Shown here: positions 8,531-17,761 of the stretch, piece after piece
Position numbering within the stretch: the stretch's first letter is position 1
Layout of the letters: each line of letters starts with the position of its first letter
Assembly (NCBI GenBank): GCA_001793235.1
Contig: MGHM01000016.1
Span: 746-64,745 of the forward strand
Direction of reading: 5' to 3'
DNA: 64,000 nucleotides
Source: Candidatus Woesebacteria bacterium RIFCSPLOWO2_01_FULL_44_24b
Lineage (GTDB): Bacteria; Patescibacteriota; Microgenomatia; UBA8517
Position numbers and translations under genes: made by a program
The notes under the pieces: generated by a model
What the model was told of the DNA's origin: nothing
Databases searched by the model: none
Seen by the model: the letters and a program-made list of their open reading frames with translations, nothing else

Positions 8531-8992
8531 ATGAAAAATATATTAATGATAATTCTGGTTTTAGTTGTTTTAGGCGGTGCGATTTTTGCATTCTATTTGC
8601 TTGGCGACTAGAAGCCGGCAAGCCGGCCATTGCTTACAGCTACACCTACTTCTTCTTCAGTTTCTTCTGCAACTCCTGTACCCGCAGCCAGCGAAGAGGA
8701 AGCATTGATAGCTCAGACACAAGAGCAGCTGGTAGCTGAGCATGGGCCGAGTGCTAAAAGCCTTGATGTAACCGTTTCTACAATTTCAGGCAACTTCGCT
8801 CAAGGTGCGGCCAGCGAGGTGGGCTTTGGCGGAGGCATGTGGTTTGCAGCTAAAGTAGACGGCAAGTGGGAATTGGTTTGGGACGGCAACGGAATGATTA
8901 CATGCAATGATTTGATTAACTATCCCGATTTCCCACCAAGCATGATCCCGGCTTGCTATGACATGGGAAGTGAAGAAATGAAGGACCGGTAA
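8531..8992 (+). pseudogene. Membrane-anchored exported protein with an in-frame TAG at 8609-8611
   Basis: MKNILMIILVLVVLGGAIFAFYLLGD*KPASRPLLTATP... is in frame with ORF 8630-8992. Confidence 0.65.
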
Positions 8993-9445
8993 TTACAACT
9001 CCAGTTCCCCACAGGAAACATAAACGCTTGCCAGCGTTGTGGACTTGTGAACATTAATAAGAAGTGGCTGCTGTGCCTTCAGCTCGTCAAAGCCTACGGG
9101 TAAGGTCGTTACTGCTTGGCCGTCCGTTGGAAACTCGAGCGGGTAGACCACCGCGCCGGTATTGGCGCAATCACCGGTATGAATGTGCGAAGGCTGGACA
9201 ACTCCTGCAGGAGCGCCCAGCATGTCTACAGTTACTTCGACTTTGCCGTCTTTCTCTACTAAAGTGGCTGTGCCTGATTCACCGGAGTCGTTCAATTCAT
9301 TTAAAACAACTACCACCGAATTTTCTTCAACAGTTGCCTGTGGAGCCTGATTATAGTCTGCGGGCATGCCGCTTTGGGAGAAAAGCAGCAATCCTATCAC
9401 CGCCACCAAGATAACTGCAAGGACAATGAGCAGATTTTTATTCAC
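8993..9445 (-). CDS. Exported CHRD/Cu-Zn SOD-like fold protein
   Basis: Signal anchor; SGESGTATL, QPSHIHTGDC, INVHKS, YVSCG. Confidence 0.7.
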   Translation of the reverse strand: MNKNLLIVLAVILVAVIGLLLFSQSGMPADYNQAPQATVEENSVVVVLNELNDSGESGTATLVEKDGKVEVTVDMLGAPAGVVQPSHIHTGDCANTGAVVYPLEFPTDGQAVTTLPVGFDELKAQQPLLINVHKSTTLASVYVSCGELEL

Positions 9446-9504
9446 TTTTATATTAGACTAAAAGTTGCCGCGCATTGTCAAGTGGGAGTATACTATAGGG
9501 GTAT

Positions 9505-9711
9505 ATGATAGAATCACTTTGTCTGGATTGCCCATATTTTAGGTCGCTTCCTCTAAAAATACAAGAAGTTGAAACGATTTCTGGGGAAGCAACAGAATCT
9601 GAGCCAACGGTACTCTCCGAGCTTCCCGAGATGTGTGAACGTTGTAAAGCTATACGGGCAATCGATAAAGCGCTGGAGCGCAAGATAAATGACATTATTT
9701 TTAGAAAGTGA
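9505..9711 (+). CDS. Small CxxC..CxxC protein
   Basis: CLDC and CERC; its stop overlaps the alkD-like start. Confidence 0.55.
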   Translation: MIESLCLDCPYFRSLPLKIQEVETISGEATESEPTVLSELPEMCERCKAIRAIDKALERKINDIIFRK

Positions 9712-10415
9712 CTTCAATTAACCAAATCAAAAGAGAGCTTAGACAAAAGGGGGACCCCGTGCGCGCGGAGCACTCCAGGCGTTTTTTCAAAACCGGCAAA
9801 GGGCAATATGGCGAAGGAGACGTGTTTTTAGGATTATCAGTTCCTGAGATGCGCGAGATTGCCAAAAAATATAAAGACCTGGAACTTAGTGAAATTGAGA
9901 AACTGCTCCGGTCCAAAATTCACGAGGAACGCTTTACTGCAATTGAGATTTTGAATTTTAAGTATAAAGATGCATTGGCACCAGCAAGAAGCAAGATTGT
10001 AAATTTTTATTTAAAGTATAAAGAGTTTGTTAACAACTGGGATTTGGTTGACGATTCGGCTCCGTATATTTTGGGAAACTGGCTTTTAGATAAGGATACT
10101 AAGATTTTGCATAAGCTGGCTGGTTCAAAAAGCCTATGGGACAGGCGCATTGCGATAGTTGCGACTTTCGCTTTTATCAAAAACGATCGTTTTAAAGATA
10201 CCCTTGAGATTTCGGAGAAGCTTCTAGACGACGATGAGGATTTAATTCACAAGGCAGTCGGCTGGATGCTCAGAGAAGTCGGCAAAAAGGATATAAAACT
10301 TCTCGAGAAGTTTCTTGCCAAGCATGCGAGCCACATGCCCAGAACCGCGCTTCGCCACGCCATCGAGCGTTTCCCCGAAAGTAAGCGGGAAAAGTACCTT
10401 AAGATTTCCGGCTAA
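9708..10415 (+). CDS. alkD: DNA alkylation repair protein (AlkD-like, HEAT repeat)
   Basis: FFKTGKGQYGEGDVFLG, NNWDLVD, IHKAVGWMLREVGK, MPRTALRHAIE. Confidence 0.88.
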   Translation: MTSINQIKRELRQKGDPVRAEHSRRFFKTGKGQYGEGDVFLGLSVPEMREIAKKYKDLELSEIEKLLRSKIHEERFTAIEILNFKYKDALAPARSKIVNFYLKYKEFVNNWDLVDDSAPYILGNWLLDKDTKILHKLAGSKSLWDRRIAIVATFAFIKNDRFKDTLEISEKLLDDDEDLIHKAVGWMLREVGKKDIKLLEKFLAKHASHMPRTALRHAIERFPESKREKYLKISG

Positions 10416-10433
10416 TGATGCTACACTGGATGA

Positions 10434-11678
10434 ATGGCACAGGGTGGCAAAATAAAGAAAAACTGGAAAGCGAAAATTGGTGAGCAAAAAGATGTTGCCA
10501 AGGATACAAAAGAAATTACTTTTGAGATCCACGAGCCGGGTTTTGCTTTTAAGGCTGGTCAGTATGTTTGGATTATAGTTCCCGAACTTCATTATGAGGA
10601 CCCCAGGGGAAATAGAAGGGCGTTTTCAATTTGTTCATCGCCTTCGGAGGATGGCAGGATTTCGGTAGTCTTCAGGAATTACCCGAGCGGCTTTAAAAAG
10701 ACTCTGACCGAGCTTCCGGCGGGTTCCGAGGTATCTGTAGTGGGTCCGTTCGGCTATCTTGATTTTCCCGATAATCCCGAAGCTTCCGTGGTGTTTATTG
10801 CCGGAGGTGTGGGTGTAGCGCCTTTTATGAGCATGGTTAGGAGCGCCGCCGCGAATAAAGACGCAAGAAAAATTACTCTTCTGTATGCCAATTCCACTGA
10901 GACGAAGGCGGTCTATGCCGACGAGCTCTCAAAAATTGCTTCCGAAAATAAAAATATAATTATCAAAGAAAAGAAGGGCACTGTTGACTGGGACTGGATT
11001 TCGGAGTCTGTTTCCGCGCCGGCCAGTGTAATTTGGTATGTAATAGGACCAAAAGATATGGTAAGCGAAGTAGCAAGGCTTTTGTATGACAATGGAGTAG
11101 AAGAAAAGAGTATCAGGTTTGAGGAATTTTATGTCAGCCGCGACTCGCTTAATGTGTCACTTGAAAAAATATGGGACACTGCCGAGGTTTTTAAACTTGC
11201 CGTTGAAAGTTCGTTTAATCATATAATTTTAACCGATATCAACGCAAACATAGTTTTTGCTAATAAAGGTGCCGAGATAATTACCGGTTTTACCAACAAG
11301 GAGATGGTTGGCCAGACGCCAAGGCTTTGGGGCGGGCTCATGGCTAAGGCCTTTTATGAAAAAATGTGGCAAACCATTAAAAATGAGAAAAGACCTTTTG
11401 AAGCTGAAATCAAAAATAGAAGAAAAAGCGGCGAAATTTACCAGACAATTACCCGAATCTCGCCCATTTTTGACAAGACAAATGGTCTTATCGGTTTTAT
11501 GGGGACCGAGGAAGATATAAGCCGCAGGTTAATGCTGGAAGAAGATTTAAAAAATAAAATTGCTGAACTTGAAAAGATAAATAAATTTATGATTGGCCGC
11601 GAGGTTGAAATGCGGGACCTTAAGGAGCGTATCGCGAAACTTCAGCTTGAAATTAAAAAACAAAAAGGGGGTGGTTAA
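10434..11678 (+). CDS. FNR-like FAD/NAD(P) oxidoreductase + PAS + C-terminal GRE helix
   Basis: FKAGQY, RRAFSICSSP, GPFG, FIAGGVGVAPF; PAS (ITD..IVFAN..G.TPR..W.TI..NRRKSGE); ELEKINKFMIGREVEMRDLK. Confidence 0.85.
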   Translation: MAQGGKIKKNWKAKIGEQKDVAKDTKEITFEIHEPGFAFKAGQYVWIIVPELHYEDPRGNRRAFSICSSPSEDGRISVVFRNYPSGFKKTLTELPAGSEVSVVGPFGYLDFPDNPEASVVFIAGGVGVAPFMSMVRSAAANKDARKITLLYANSTETKAVYADELSKIASENKNIIIKEKKGTVDWDWISESVSAPASVIWYVIGPKDMVSEVARLLYDNGVEEKSIRFEEFYVSRDSLNVSLEKIWDTAEVFKLAVESSFNHIILTDINANIVFANKGAEIITGFTNKEMVGQTPRLWGGLMAKAFYEKMWQTIKNEKRPFEAEIKNRRKSGEIYQTITRISPIFDKTNGLIGFMGTEEDISRRLMLEEDLKNKIAELEKINKFMIGREVEMRDLKERIAKLQLEIKKQKGGG

Positions 11679-11679
11679 C

Positions 11680-12252
11680 ATGACTAACAACACCAATGCA
11701 GATGAAATATGGGGAGTTGCCTGGACGTACATCAGAACCGTGGTTGACACACTGCGGGAGCCGTTCTTGGTTCTCAATGGAAAACTGCAAGTTGTCTCTG
11801 CGAACAAAACTTTCTACTCCGTTTTTCAGGTTACACCTGAAGATACGGAAGGGCACCTGGTTTATGAGCTGGGAAACGGTCAATGGAATATTCCAAAGCT
11901 TAAAATCCTTCTGGAAGACATTTTGCCCAAAAATACCTATCTTGAAGATTTTCGAGTTGAACATGATTTTCCCAAAATCGGGCACAAAGTTATGATGCTT
12001 AACGCCCGCGAGGTTCATGGCGTGGAGACCCAAGGTTCTATCATCCTTCTGGCAATGGAGGACATTACAAAACAGATGCAGCTTGAGGATCAATTGCGCG
12101 ATTATGTCAAAAAACTCAACCTTGAGGTGGCTAAAAAAACTGCGGAGCTGGAACTGCGAGTAAAGGAGCTTGAGCGATTGAATGAAATTATGATGGGCAG
12201 GGAAGTGAAAATGTCTCAGTTGAAAGAAGAGATCGGGAAGCTTAAACGGTGA
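11680..12252 (+). CDS. PAS-domain protein + C-terminal GRE helix
   Basis: VVDTLREPFLVL..SANKTFY..YELGNGQWNIP (type found in CheR-associated PAS); ELERLNEIMMGREVKMSQLK; SD GGGGGTG. Confidence 0.85.
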   Translation: MTNNTNADEIWGVAWTYIRTVVDTLREPFLVLNGKLQVVSANKTFYSVFQVTPEDTEGHLVYELGNGQWNIPKLKILLEDILPKNTYLEDFRVEHDFPKIGHKVMMLNAREVHGVETQGSIILLAMEDITKQMQLEDQLRDYVKKLNLEVAKKTAELELRVKELERLNEIMMGREVKMSQLKEEIGKLKR

Positions 12253-12264
12253 CAAGGAAAAGCC

Positions 12265-13800
12265 ATGAATCCGAACCTGTCCAAAACAAAATTATTAAGT
12301 CAAGCAACCGGAACGGGAGTAATCTCGGTTGTTCTTCTGGCTATTGGCCTGTTTGTTACCTTTCTTGCCTGGCGCTACACTCAAAATAGTGTTACACAAA
12401 GCGCACAGGACCAATTTAGTGCTGAAGTTAATCAGATTGAACATACGGTGGCAAGAAGGATTGAAACTTATAATCGTGTGCTTTATTCACTTCAAGGTCT
12501 ATTTGCAGCCTCCGATTCCGTTGATAGAGATGAGTGGAGCCCGTTTACTAAAACTGCAAAAATCTCTGATTACCCCGATATTGAATATATCAGCTATCTT
12601 GAGATAGTAAGGGCTGGCGAGAAAGAAGCATTTGTAGAGAATTTTAGGAGCGATAAAAGTACAAGTCCTGTTGGCTATCCGGGACTTAATATTTACCCTG
12701 AAGCCACAAAGGATGAGTATGCTGTCGTAAAATATATTGAGCCTGAAAATGAAGTTTCTATCAAAGCTTTAGGCTTTGATTTGTATTCAAGTCCTCCCAG
12801 AAAAGCTGCTTTAGACAAGGCGCGCGATACCAACCAACCTGTAGCTAGCGAGATTGTAAAGTTTGTTACGGACGGCTCTTTGGGCTTTTTTATTTCGGTA
12901 CCAGTCTACCAAAATGGCGTGCCGGTGAACACTGTCGATGAAAGAAGAGCGGCATTGGTGGGCTTTGTAAATCTGGCTATCAAAAACACTCACTTGTTTG
13001 TTGACGCTTTTTCACCCGGTAGCCGTACGGGCGTGCAATTTACGATTTCTGATGGGGTGCAAGTAATTTATACAAGTGGAGAAGTTGTGAATACTCCTGG
13101 CACATACTCTCAAACAAGAGTACTTGAAATGGGCGGGCGGACGTGGACTCTGAAGGTTATTAGCGACCCTTTGTTTAGCCAATCATTCTCACAAAAGACC
13201 CTTCCTTTGGTAGTAGCCATAGGCGGAACTTTACTAAGCTTACTTTTGTTTTGGATAATTTATTATTCAGGAAGGTCTGCCAACCGGCTCATCAGGCTTC
13301 AAGGCACGGCTCTCGAAGCCGCTGCCAATAGCATTGTTATTACAGACATCAATGGGATTATTCAGTGGGTGAATCCGGCTTTTACCAAACTTACTGGATA
13401 CCCGGCCGCTGAGGCAGTGGGGCAATCAACACGTATTCTTAACTCGGGCAAACAACGTAAAGAATTTTATGAGAACCTTTGGAAAACTATTTTGGCAGGG
13501 AAAACATGGAAGGGCGAGATGATCAATAAACGCAAGGACGGGACGCTCTATTATGAGGAGCAGACTATCGCCCCGGTCAAGGACAAAAGTGGAAGGCTAA
13601 TAAACTTTATAGCAATTAAGCAAGACGTTACAGCCCGAAATGAGTTTGAGCGCACGCTTGAGGAGACAAAAAATAATCTAGGCCAAAAAGTGGCGGAGCT
13701 GGAAAAACTGAACAGATTCATGGTTGGGCGGGAACTTAAAATGCGCGAGTTGAAACAGCACATCGTCGAGCTTGAGGCAAAGAAGGGAGACAATGGATAG
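12265..13800 (+). CDS. Membrane sensor TM-CHASE-TM-PAS + C-terminal GRE helix, no kinase domain
   Basis: LQGLFAAS..V...EW, KYIEP..N..ALGFDL, ALDKARDT, GGRTW; PAS; ELEKLNRFMVGRELKMRELK. Confidence 0.88.
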   Translation: MNPNLSKTKLLSQATGTGVISVVLLAIGLFVTFLAWRYTQNSVTQSAQDQFSAEVNQIEHTVARRIETYNRVLYSLQGLFAASDSVDRDEWSPFTKTAKISDYPDIEYISYLEIVRAGEKEAFVENFRSDKSTSPVGYPGLNIYPEATKDEYAVVKYIEPENEVSIKALGFDLYSSPPRKAALDKARDTNQPVASEIVKFVTDGSLGFFISVPVYQNGVPVNTVDERRAALVGFVNLAIKNTHLFVDAFSPGSRTGVQFTISDGVQVIYTSGEVVNTPGTYSQTRVLEMGGRTWTLKVISDPLFSQSFSQKTLPLVVAIGGTLLSLLLFWIIYYSGRSANRLIRLQGTALEAAANSIVITDINGIIQWVNPAFTKLTGYPAAEAVGQSTRILNSGKQRKEFYENLWKTILAGKTWKGEMINKRKDGTLYYEEQTIAPVKDKSGRLINFIAIKQDVTARNEFERTLEETKNNLGQKVAELEKLNRFMVGRELKMRELKQHIVELEAKKGDNG

Positions 13801-15412
13801 TTTAGTATCTGAACAGGAAAACTCAATACTGAATTTGCTGCCGGTCGGGGTGGGGATTTCGGATATGCAGGGGAATCTCTTGTTTTATAACACCGCGATG
13901 CTTGCCTCAGGCGGCTATTCGCGGGAGGAGATGCAAAAGATCGACAATGTTGCGGCTTTGTATTATGACCCCGAAGCACGAACTAAAGTTCTGTCTCTTG
14001 CGAAAAGCCAAGGGTATGTGAACGGTTGTGAGGTGGAATTTAAACGCCGGGATGGCTCACCCTATTCTACGTTGCTCTCCCTAAGAATGATTCGTTATAA
14101 AGAGGCTCCCGCGTGGCTGGCGATAGTGGAGGATATTACAAAGAAAAAATCTCTCGAAGTGTCGGAAGAAAAACGCACTGGTGACCTTGAAAACACCAAA
14201 CTTGCCATGATAAACCTTTTGGAGGATCTTGACGCAGAGAAAGCTGTGTTGGAGCAAGAAAGGAAAAAGGACGATGCCCTTTTGGTCAGTATTGGCGATG
14301 GCGTAGTGGTGACGGATGAGCTGGGCCATATAACTTTCGTCAATAAAGCTTTTGAAGATTTAACCGGATGGAGTCTTCTGGAAGTTGCCGGGAAGTTAAT
14401 GGTGGACATATTGCCTAAGTATGATGAAAAAGATGGGTTGATTGAGCACGCCGAGCGTTCAGTAACCAAAGTATTGGAAGGAAAAGTTGCAAGGGGCAGC
14501 ATGAGTACTCTAAATCGTTCGCATTATTACAAAAAAAAGGACGGCTCGAAAATGCCCATTGTCGGTGTTGTTACTCCAATTGTGGTTAATGACGCAATTG
14601 CGGGTGCCGTTCAGGTGTTTAGGGATGTTACCCTCGAAAAGGAAATTGACACAATGAAGGACGAGTTCGTGTCCATTGCGAGTCATGAGCTTCGAACCCC
14701 GTTGACAGCCATTGACGGCTTGGTTTCCATGATCCTTGACGGCGAATATGGGCATGTCGGCGAAAACCTTAGTCAGCCGCTCAAGGACATCAGCACTTCC
14801 AGCGAGAGGCTTATAAGGCTCGTAAATGACCTTCTCAATCTGTCAAGACTCCGAGCAGGAAGACTTCAGTATAATCTTACCGATTTTTCTATTTCGGCTA
14901 TTGTGCATAAAGTTGTAGAGTTGTTAGCTCAAATGTTTGAAGAAAAAGGGTTTTATTTAAAGATTGCGAGCGATCTTGAAGTAAATGTTTTTGCGGACAG
15001 CGATAAGGTAGAGCAGATTCTTAATAATCTGATTGGTAACTCGCTTAAGTTTACGGACAAAGGTGGGGCCGTTGTTAATGTAGAAGAACTTCCGGACTTA
15101 ATTAAAGTTAGTATTGTAGATACTGGAATCGGCATAGAAAAGGACGCTCAAGGACAACTTTTTGGCAGGTTCCAGCAGATCGGTACGTCTGGTAACAGAC
15201 CGCAGGGAACGGGCTTGGGGCTTCATATCAGCCGCGAGATGGTGAGAAGAATGGGCGGGGACCTGGTGCTTGAAAATTCCGAGCCGGGAAAGGGGAGTAC
15301 ATTTACTTTTACTTTACCTAAAGTTGGAGGCCCGCTGGCTGAAAAAATTAGAGAAGAAATCATCCTTGAAGCAAGGATGCATCCCGACCAAAAATCGGAT
15401 ATAATGGGTTGA
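13793..15412 (+). CDS. Cytoplasmic sensor histidine kinase PAS-PAS-HisKA-HATPase
   Basis: H-box FVSIASHELRTPL; N-box QILNNLIGNSLKFT; DTGIGI; GTGLGL; GKGSTFTF. Confidence 0.95.
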   Translation: MDSLVSEQENSILNLLPVGVGISDMQGNLLFYNTAMLASGGYSREEMQKIDNVAALYYDPEARTKVLSLAKSQGYVNGCEVEFKRRDGSPYSTLLSLRMIRYKEAPAWLAIVEDITKKKSLEVSEEKRTGDLENTKLAMINLLEDLDAEKAVLEQERKKDDALLVSIGDGVVVTDELGHITFVNKAFEDLTGWSLLEVAGKLMVDILPKYDEKDGLIEHAERSVTKVLEGKVARGSMSTLNRSHYYKKKDGSKMPIVGVVTPIVVNDAIAGAVQVFRDVTLEKEIDTMKDEFVSIASHELRTPLTAIDGLVSMILDGEYGHVGENLSQPLKDISTSSERLIRLVNDLLNLSRLRAGRLQYNLTDFSISAIVHKVVELLAQMFEEKGFYLKIASDLEVNVFADSDKVEQILNNLIGNSLKFTDKGGAVVNVEELPDLIKVSIVDTGIGIEKDAQGQLFGRFQQIGTSGNRPQGTGLGLHISREMVRRMGGDLVLENSEPGKGSTFTFTLPKVGGPLAEKIREEIILEARMHPDQKSDIMG

Positions 15413-15415
15413 ACT

Positions 15416-15823
15416 ATGGCAGAGCCTAAAAAGATATTAATAGTTGAGGATGACACTGTCTTGGCCGGCATGTATAAAAAGCTTCTCGAAAACCACGGCT
15501 TTCATGTAGTAACCGCAGAAGATGGAGAAGCGGGGCTTTTAACTGCGGTTTCAGAAAAACCAGATTTGGTACTCCTCGATATCCGAATGCCTAAAATGGA
15601 CGGCTTGACCATGATGGACAACTTACGAAAAAATGAGTGGGGCAAAACGGTTCCGATAATAATTTTTACAAATCTGGATACAAACGAGGAAATGCTAGTG
15701 CAGATTGTGAAAGGCATGCCAACTTTTTATTTGGTTAAAAGTAACACTCGTCCGGAAACAGTACTTGAAAAGGTGGACGAGGTATTAAATCCTTTAGGAA
15801 ATGGCAAAGATACTATTAGTTGA
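15416..15823 (+). CDS. Stand-alone response regulator receiver
   Basis: ILIVEDD, DLVLLDIRMPKMDG. Confidence 0.92.
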   Translation: MAEPKKILIVEDDTVLAGMYKKLLENHGFHVVTAEDGEAGLLTAVSEKPDLVLLDIRMPKMDGLTMMDNLRKNEWGKTVPIIIFTNLDTNEEMLVQIVKGMPTFYLVKSNTRPETVLEKVDEVLNPLGNGKDTIS

Positions 15824-16202
15824 TGACGATGCGCTTCTGGTAAGAATGTACCAGAAGAAAATGGAGAACGATGGTTTTGTTGTTGAAACCGCCGCTGACG
15901 GTGTTGAAGGCTTAAAAAAAGTCCTCGAGTTTAAGCCCGATTTGATTCTCCTGGATGTGATGATGCCCAAGCTCAACGGCTTTGAGATGCTGGAGCGGCT
16001 CAAGGCTCAGGAGGCAACAAGTAAAATTCCAGTTATAATTTTGAGTAACGTTGGTGCCTCCGAGGAGGACATTGAAAAAGGATTTAGCTTGGGCGCGGTT
16101 TCGTATTTGGTTAAGTCCGGCAACCGCCCCAATATGGTTGTGGCCAAGGTTAAGGAAGTCTTGTTTGGTTATGTGCGCGAAGTCCCCAAAGTAGCAGCCT
16201 AG
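15801..16202 (+). CDS. Stand-alone response regulator receiver
   Basis: ILLVDDD, DLILLDVMMPKLNG. Confidence 0.92.
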   Translation: MAKILLVDDDALLVRMYQKKMENDGFVVETAADGVEGLKKVLEFKPDLILLDVMMPKLNGFEMLERLKAQEATSKIPVIILSNVGASEEDIEKGFSLGAVSYLVKSGNRPNMVVAKVKEVLFGYVREVPKVAA

Positions 16203-17755
16203 ACCTCCAGATGCTTTTTGAGAAATCTGGATAAGAAGAAAACCGGAATAACGGATAGGGTTATTAAAATTATGCTTCCAAGAAATGTTAAGTTGATTGA
16301 CGCCTGAGCCGCATCGGTAAGAGTATTTTCGGGCTTTGCTACCGAAATCATCCCGATTGTCTCGCCACCGAACGATGTAAGAGGCGCATAGGCAACGTAG
16401 TATGGCCGGTTATAAATCTGCGATGTACCGATGAAAGTTTCGCCGTTTTCCAATACTTTTTTGATTATTGCCTGATTTGCCTCTTTGGTCCCCACAAATC
16501 TTGACTTGCCATCTTCGGAAACTAAAGTTGTGGCGGCGCGTTTGTCCCGGCCGAAGATGGTGGTGTCAAGGCCGGTTGCGTTTTTTACTCCGTCCACAAA
16601 CGAATTATCAATTCTAACACCAGCCAGAACCATTCCCACAATAGCCGAGTCACTTCCCTTAACAGGCGCTGCAGCTTTTATAAAGGTTTCCGGAGCAATT
16701 ACACCTTCAAGAGATGAGAGTGTTGAGACGCTCTCGCCCTTCAGGGCTGCTTCAAATAATGCGTCCCCTTTTAACGACTCGTTTGTGGCATCGCGGTTTT
16801 CGGCACGGACTACCACGCGCCCCGAGGAGTCAATCAGCGCAAGCGTTGTCAGGCCTTGGGTTGTGAGGTGAGCGCTTGTTAGAGCATATAAAGCATCACT
16901 GTCTCCGGCGGTAAAGGCCTGCAGAACCGAGTTGTCTGCCGCCACCGCTTGAGCGTGGGCAAGTGCTTCGGACTTAAGAGACTCGAGTGAGTACTGCATT
17001 ACGTTAGTATCGGTTTTAAGGTGTGCCAAAGCGTCATTTTGCAAGTTGTTAAGTAGGAGGTACGTAAAAAATAGTGTTGTAGACAAGAAGATAAAAACAG
17101 AAAGCGCAATAGTTATTACAAAAAGCTGAATTTGCAGCCTGAAGCGGATAAAACCCCAAATCCATACTCCAAGTATGACTATTCCTATCCCCATGAAAGC
17201 GCTTTCGATGTTTGCAATCAGACCGAATTTGGCAAGTAACCTTGACCAATGAACTATTGAGGTATCAGACCACGCGAAGCTCACCGAAATTATTTTGGCA
17301 ATGCCCAGAAAAAGGAAAGCCAAAGCTGCAGGTTTGAGCTGCTTTTCATAGCCTTCGGTTGATTTTCGGTAGTAAACCAGAGCAATGAGAAAGTACAGTA
17401 CGGCAGACAGTGGAGTGAGTGCAAATCCTAAGGCCGGGATAAATGCAGCAGCCTTCCTGGTTTTTGGCGGGGAGAGTACCGGTTCGCCGATAAGGCTTGC
17501 GAGAATTAAGATAAGCCCGAAAACTTCGGTAATTTCGAGTACCACCATCAAGGCACTTGAGGCAGGCGAAGCCGCACGAGCTGCCTGTACGGCGGCGAGC
17601 ACAAGAAAACCCATGCTTCTGGTAAATACCGTCTTGCTTTTGATGTTTACCACCCAGGAATCAAAATATAAAAGTGCGGCCGAGAAAAATACAAAGGCAC
17701 TAAGAACAGCCAGCGTAAAGTGGGCGGTGTTGGCGAATAAAAGATACAAGAGCAT
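16199..17755 (-). CDS. Multi-TM protein with extracellular Cache domain, no cytoplasmic output
   Basis: About 7 N-terminal TMs; FVD.VK..TG.D.TIF..D.R.ATT, PY..AY.PL..G..IGM pattern; ends after the last TM. Confidence 0.75.
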   Translation of the reverse strand: MLLYLLFANTAHFTLAVLSAFVFFSAALLYFDSWVVNIKSKTVFTRSMGFLVLAAVQAARAASPASSALMVVLEITEVFGLILILASLIGEPVLSPPKTRKAAAFIPALGFALTPLSAVLYFLIALVYYRKSTEGYEKQLKPAALAFLFLGIAKIISVSFAWSDTSIVHWSRLLAKFGLIANIESAFMGIGIVILGVWIWGFIRFRLQIQLFVITIALSVFIFLSTTLFFTYLLLNNLQNDALAHLKTDTNVMQYSLESLKSEALAHAQAVAADNSVLQAFTAGDSDALYALTSAHLTTQGLTTLALIDSSGRVVVRAENRDATNESLKGDALFEAALKGESVSTLSSLEGVIAPETFIKAAAPVKGSDSAIVGMVLAGVRIDNSFVDGVKNATGLDTTIFGRDKRAATTLVSEDGKSRFVGTKEANQAIIKKVLENGETFIGTSQIYNRPYYVAYAPLTSFGGETIGMISVAKPENTLTDAAQASINLTFLGSIILITLSVIPVFFLSRFLKKHLEV

Positions 17756-17761
17756 ATTTAA

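Noticed and set aside
8609-8611. Stop-codon reassignment (amber, or code 25)
   Set aside because: TAG and TGA both terminate conserved genes here, and long genes have no internal stops.
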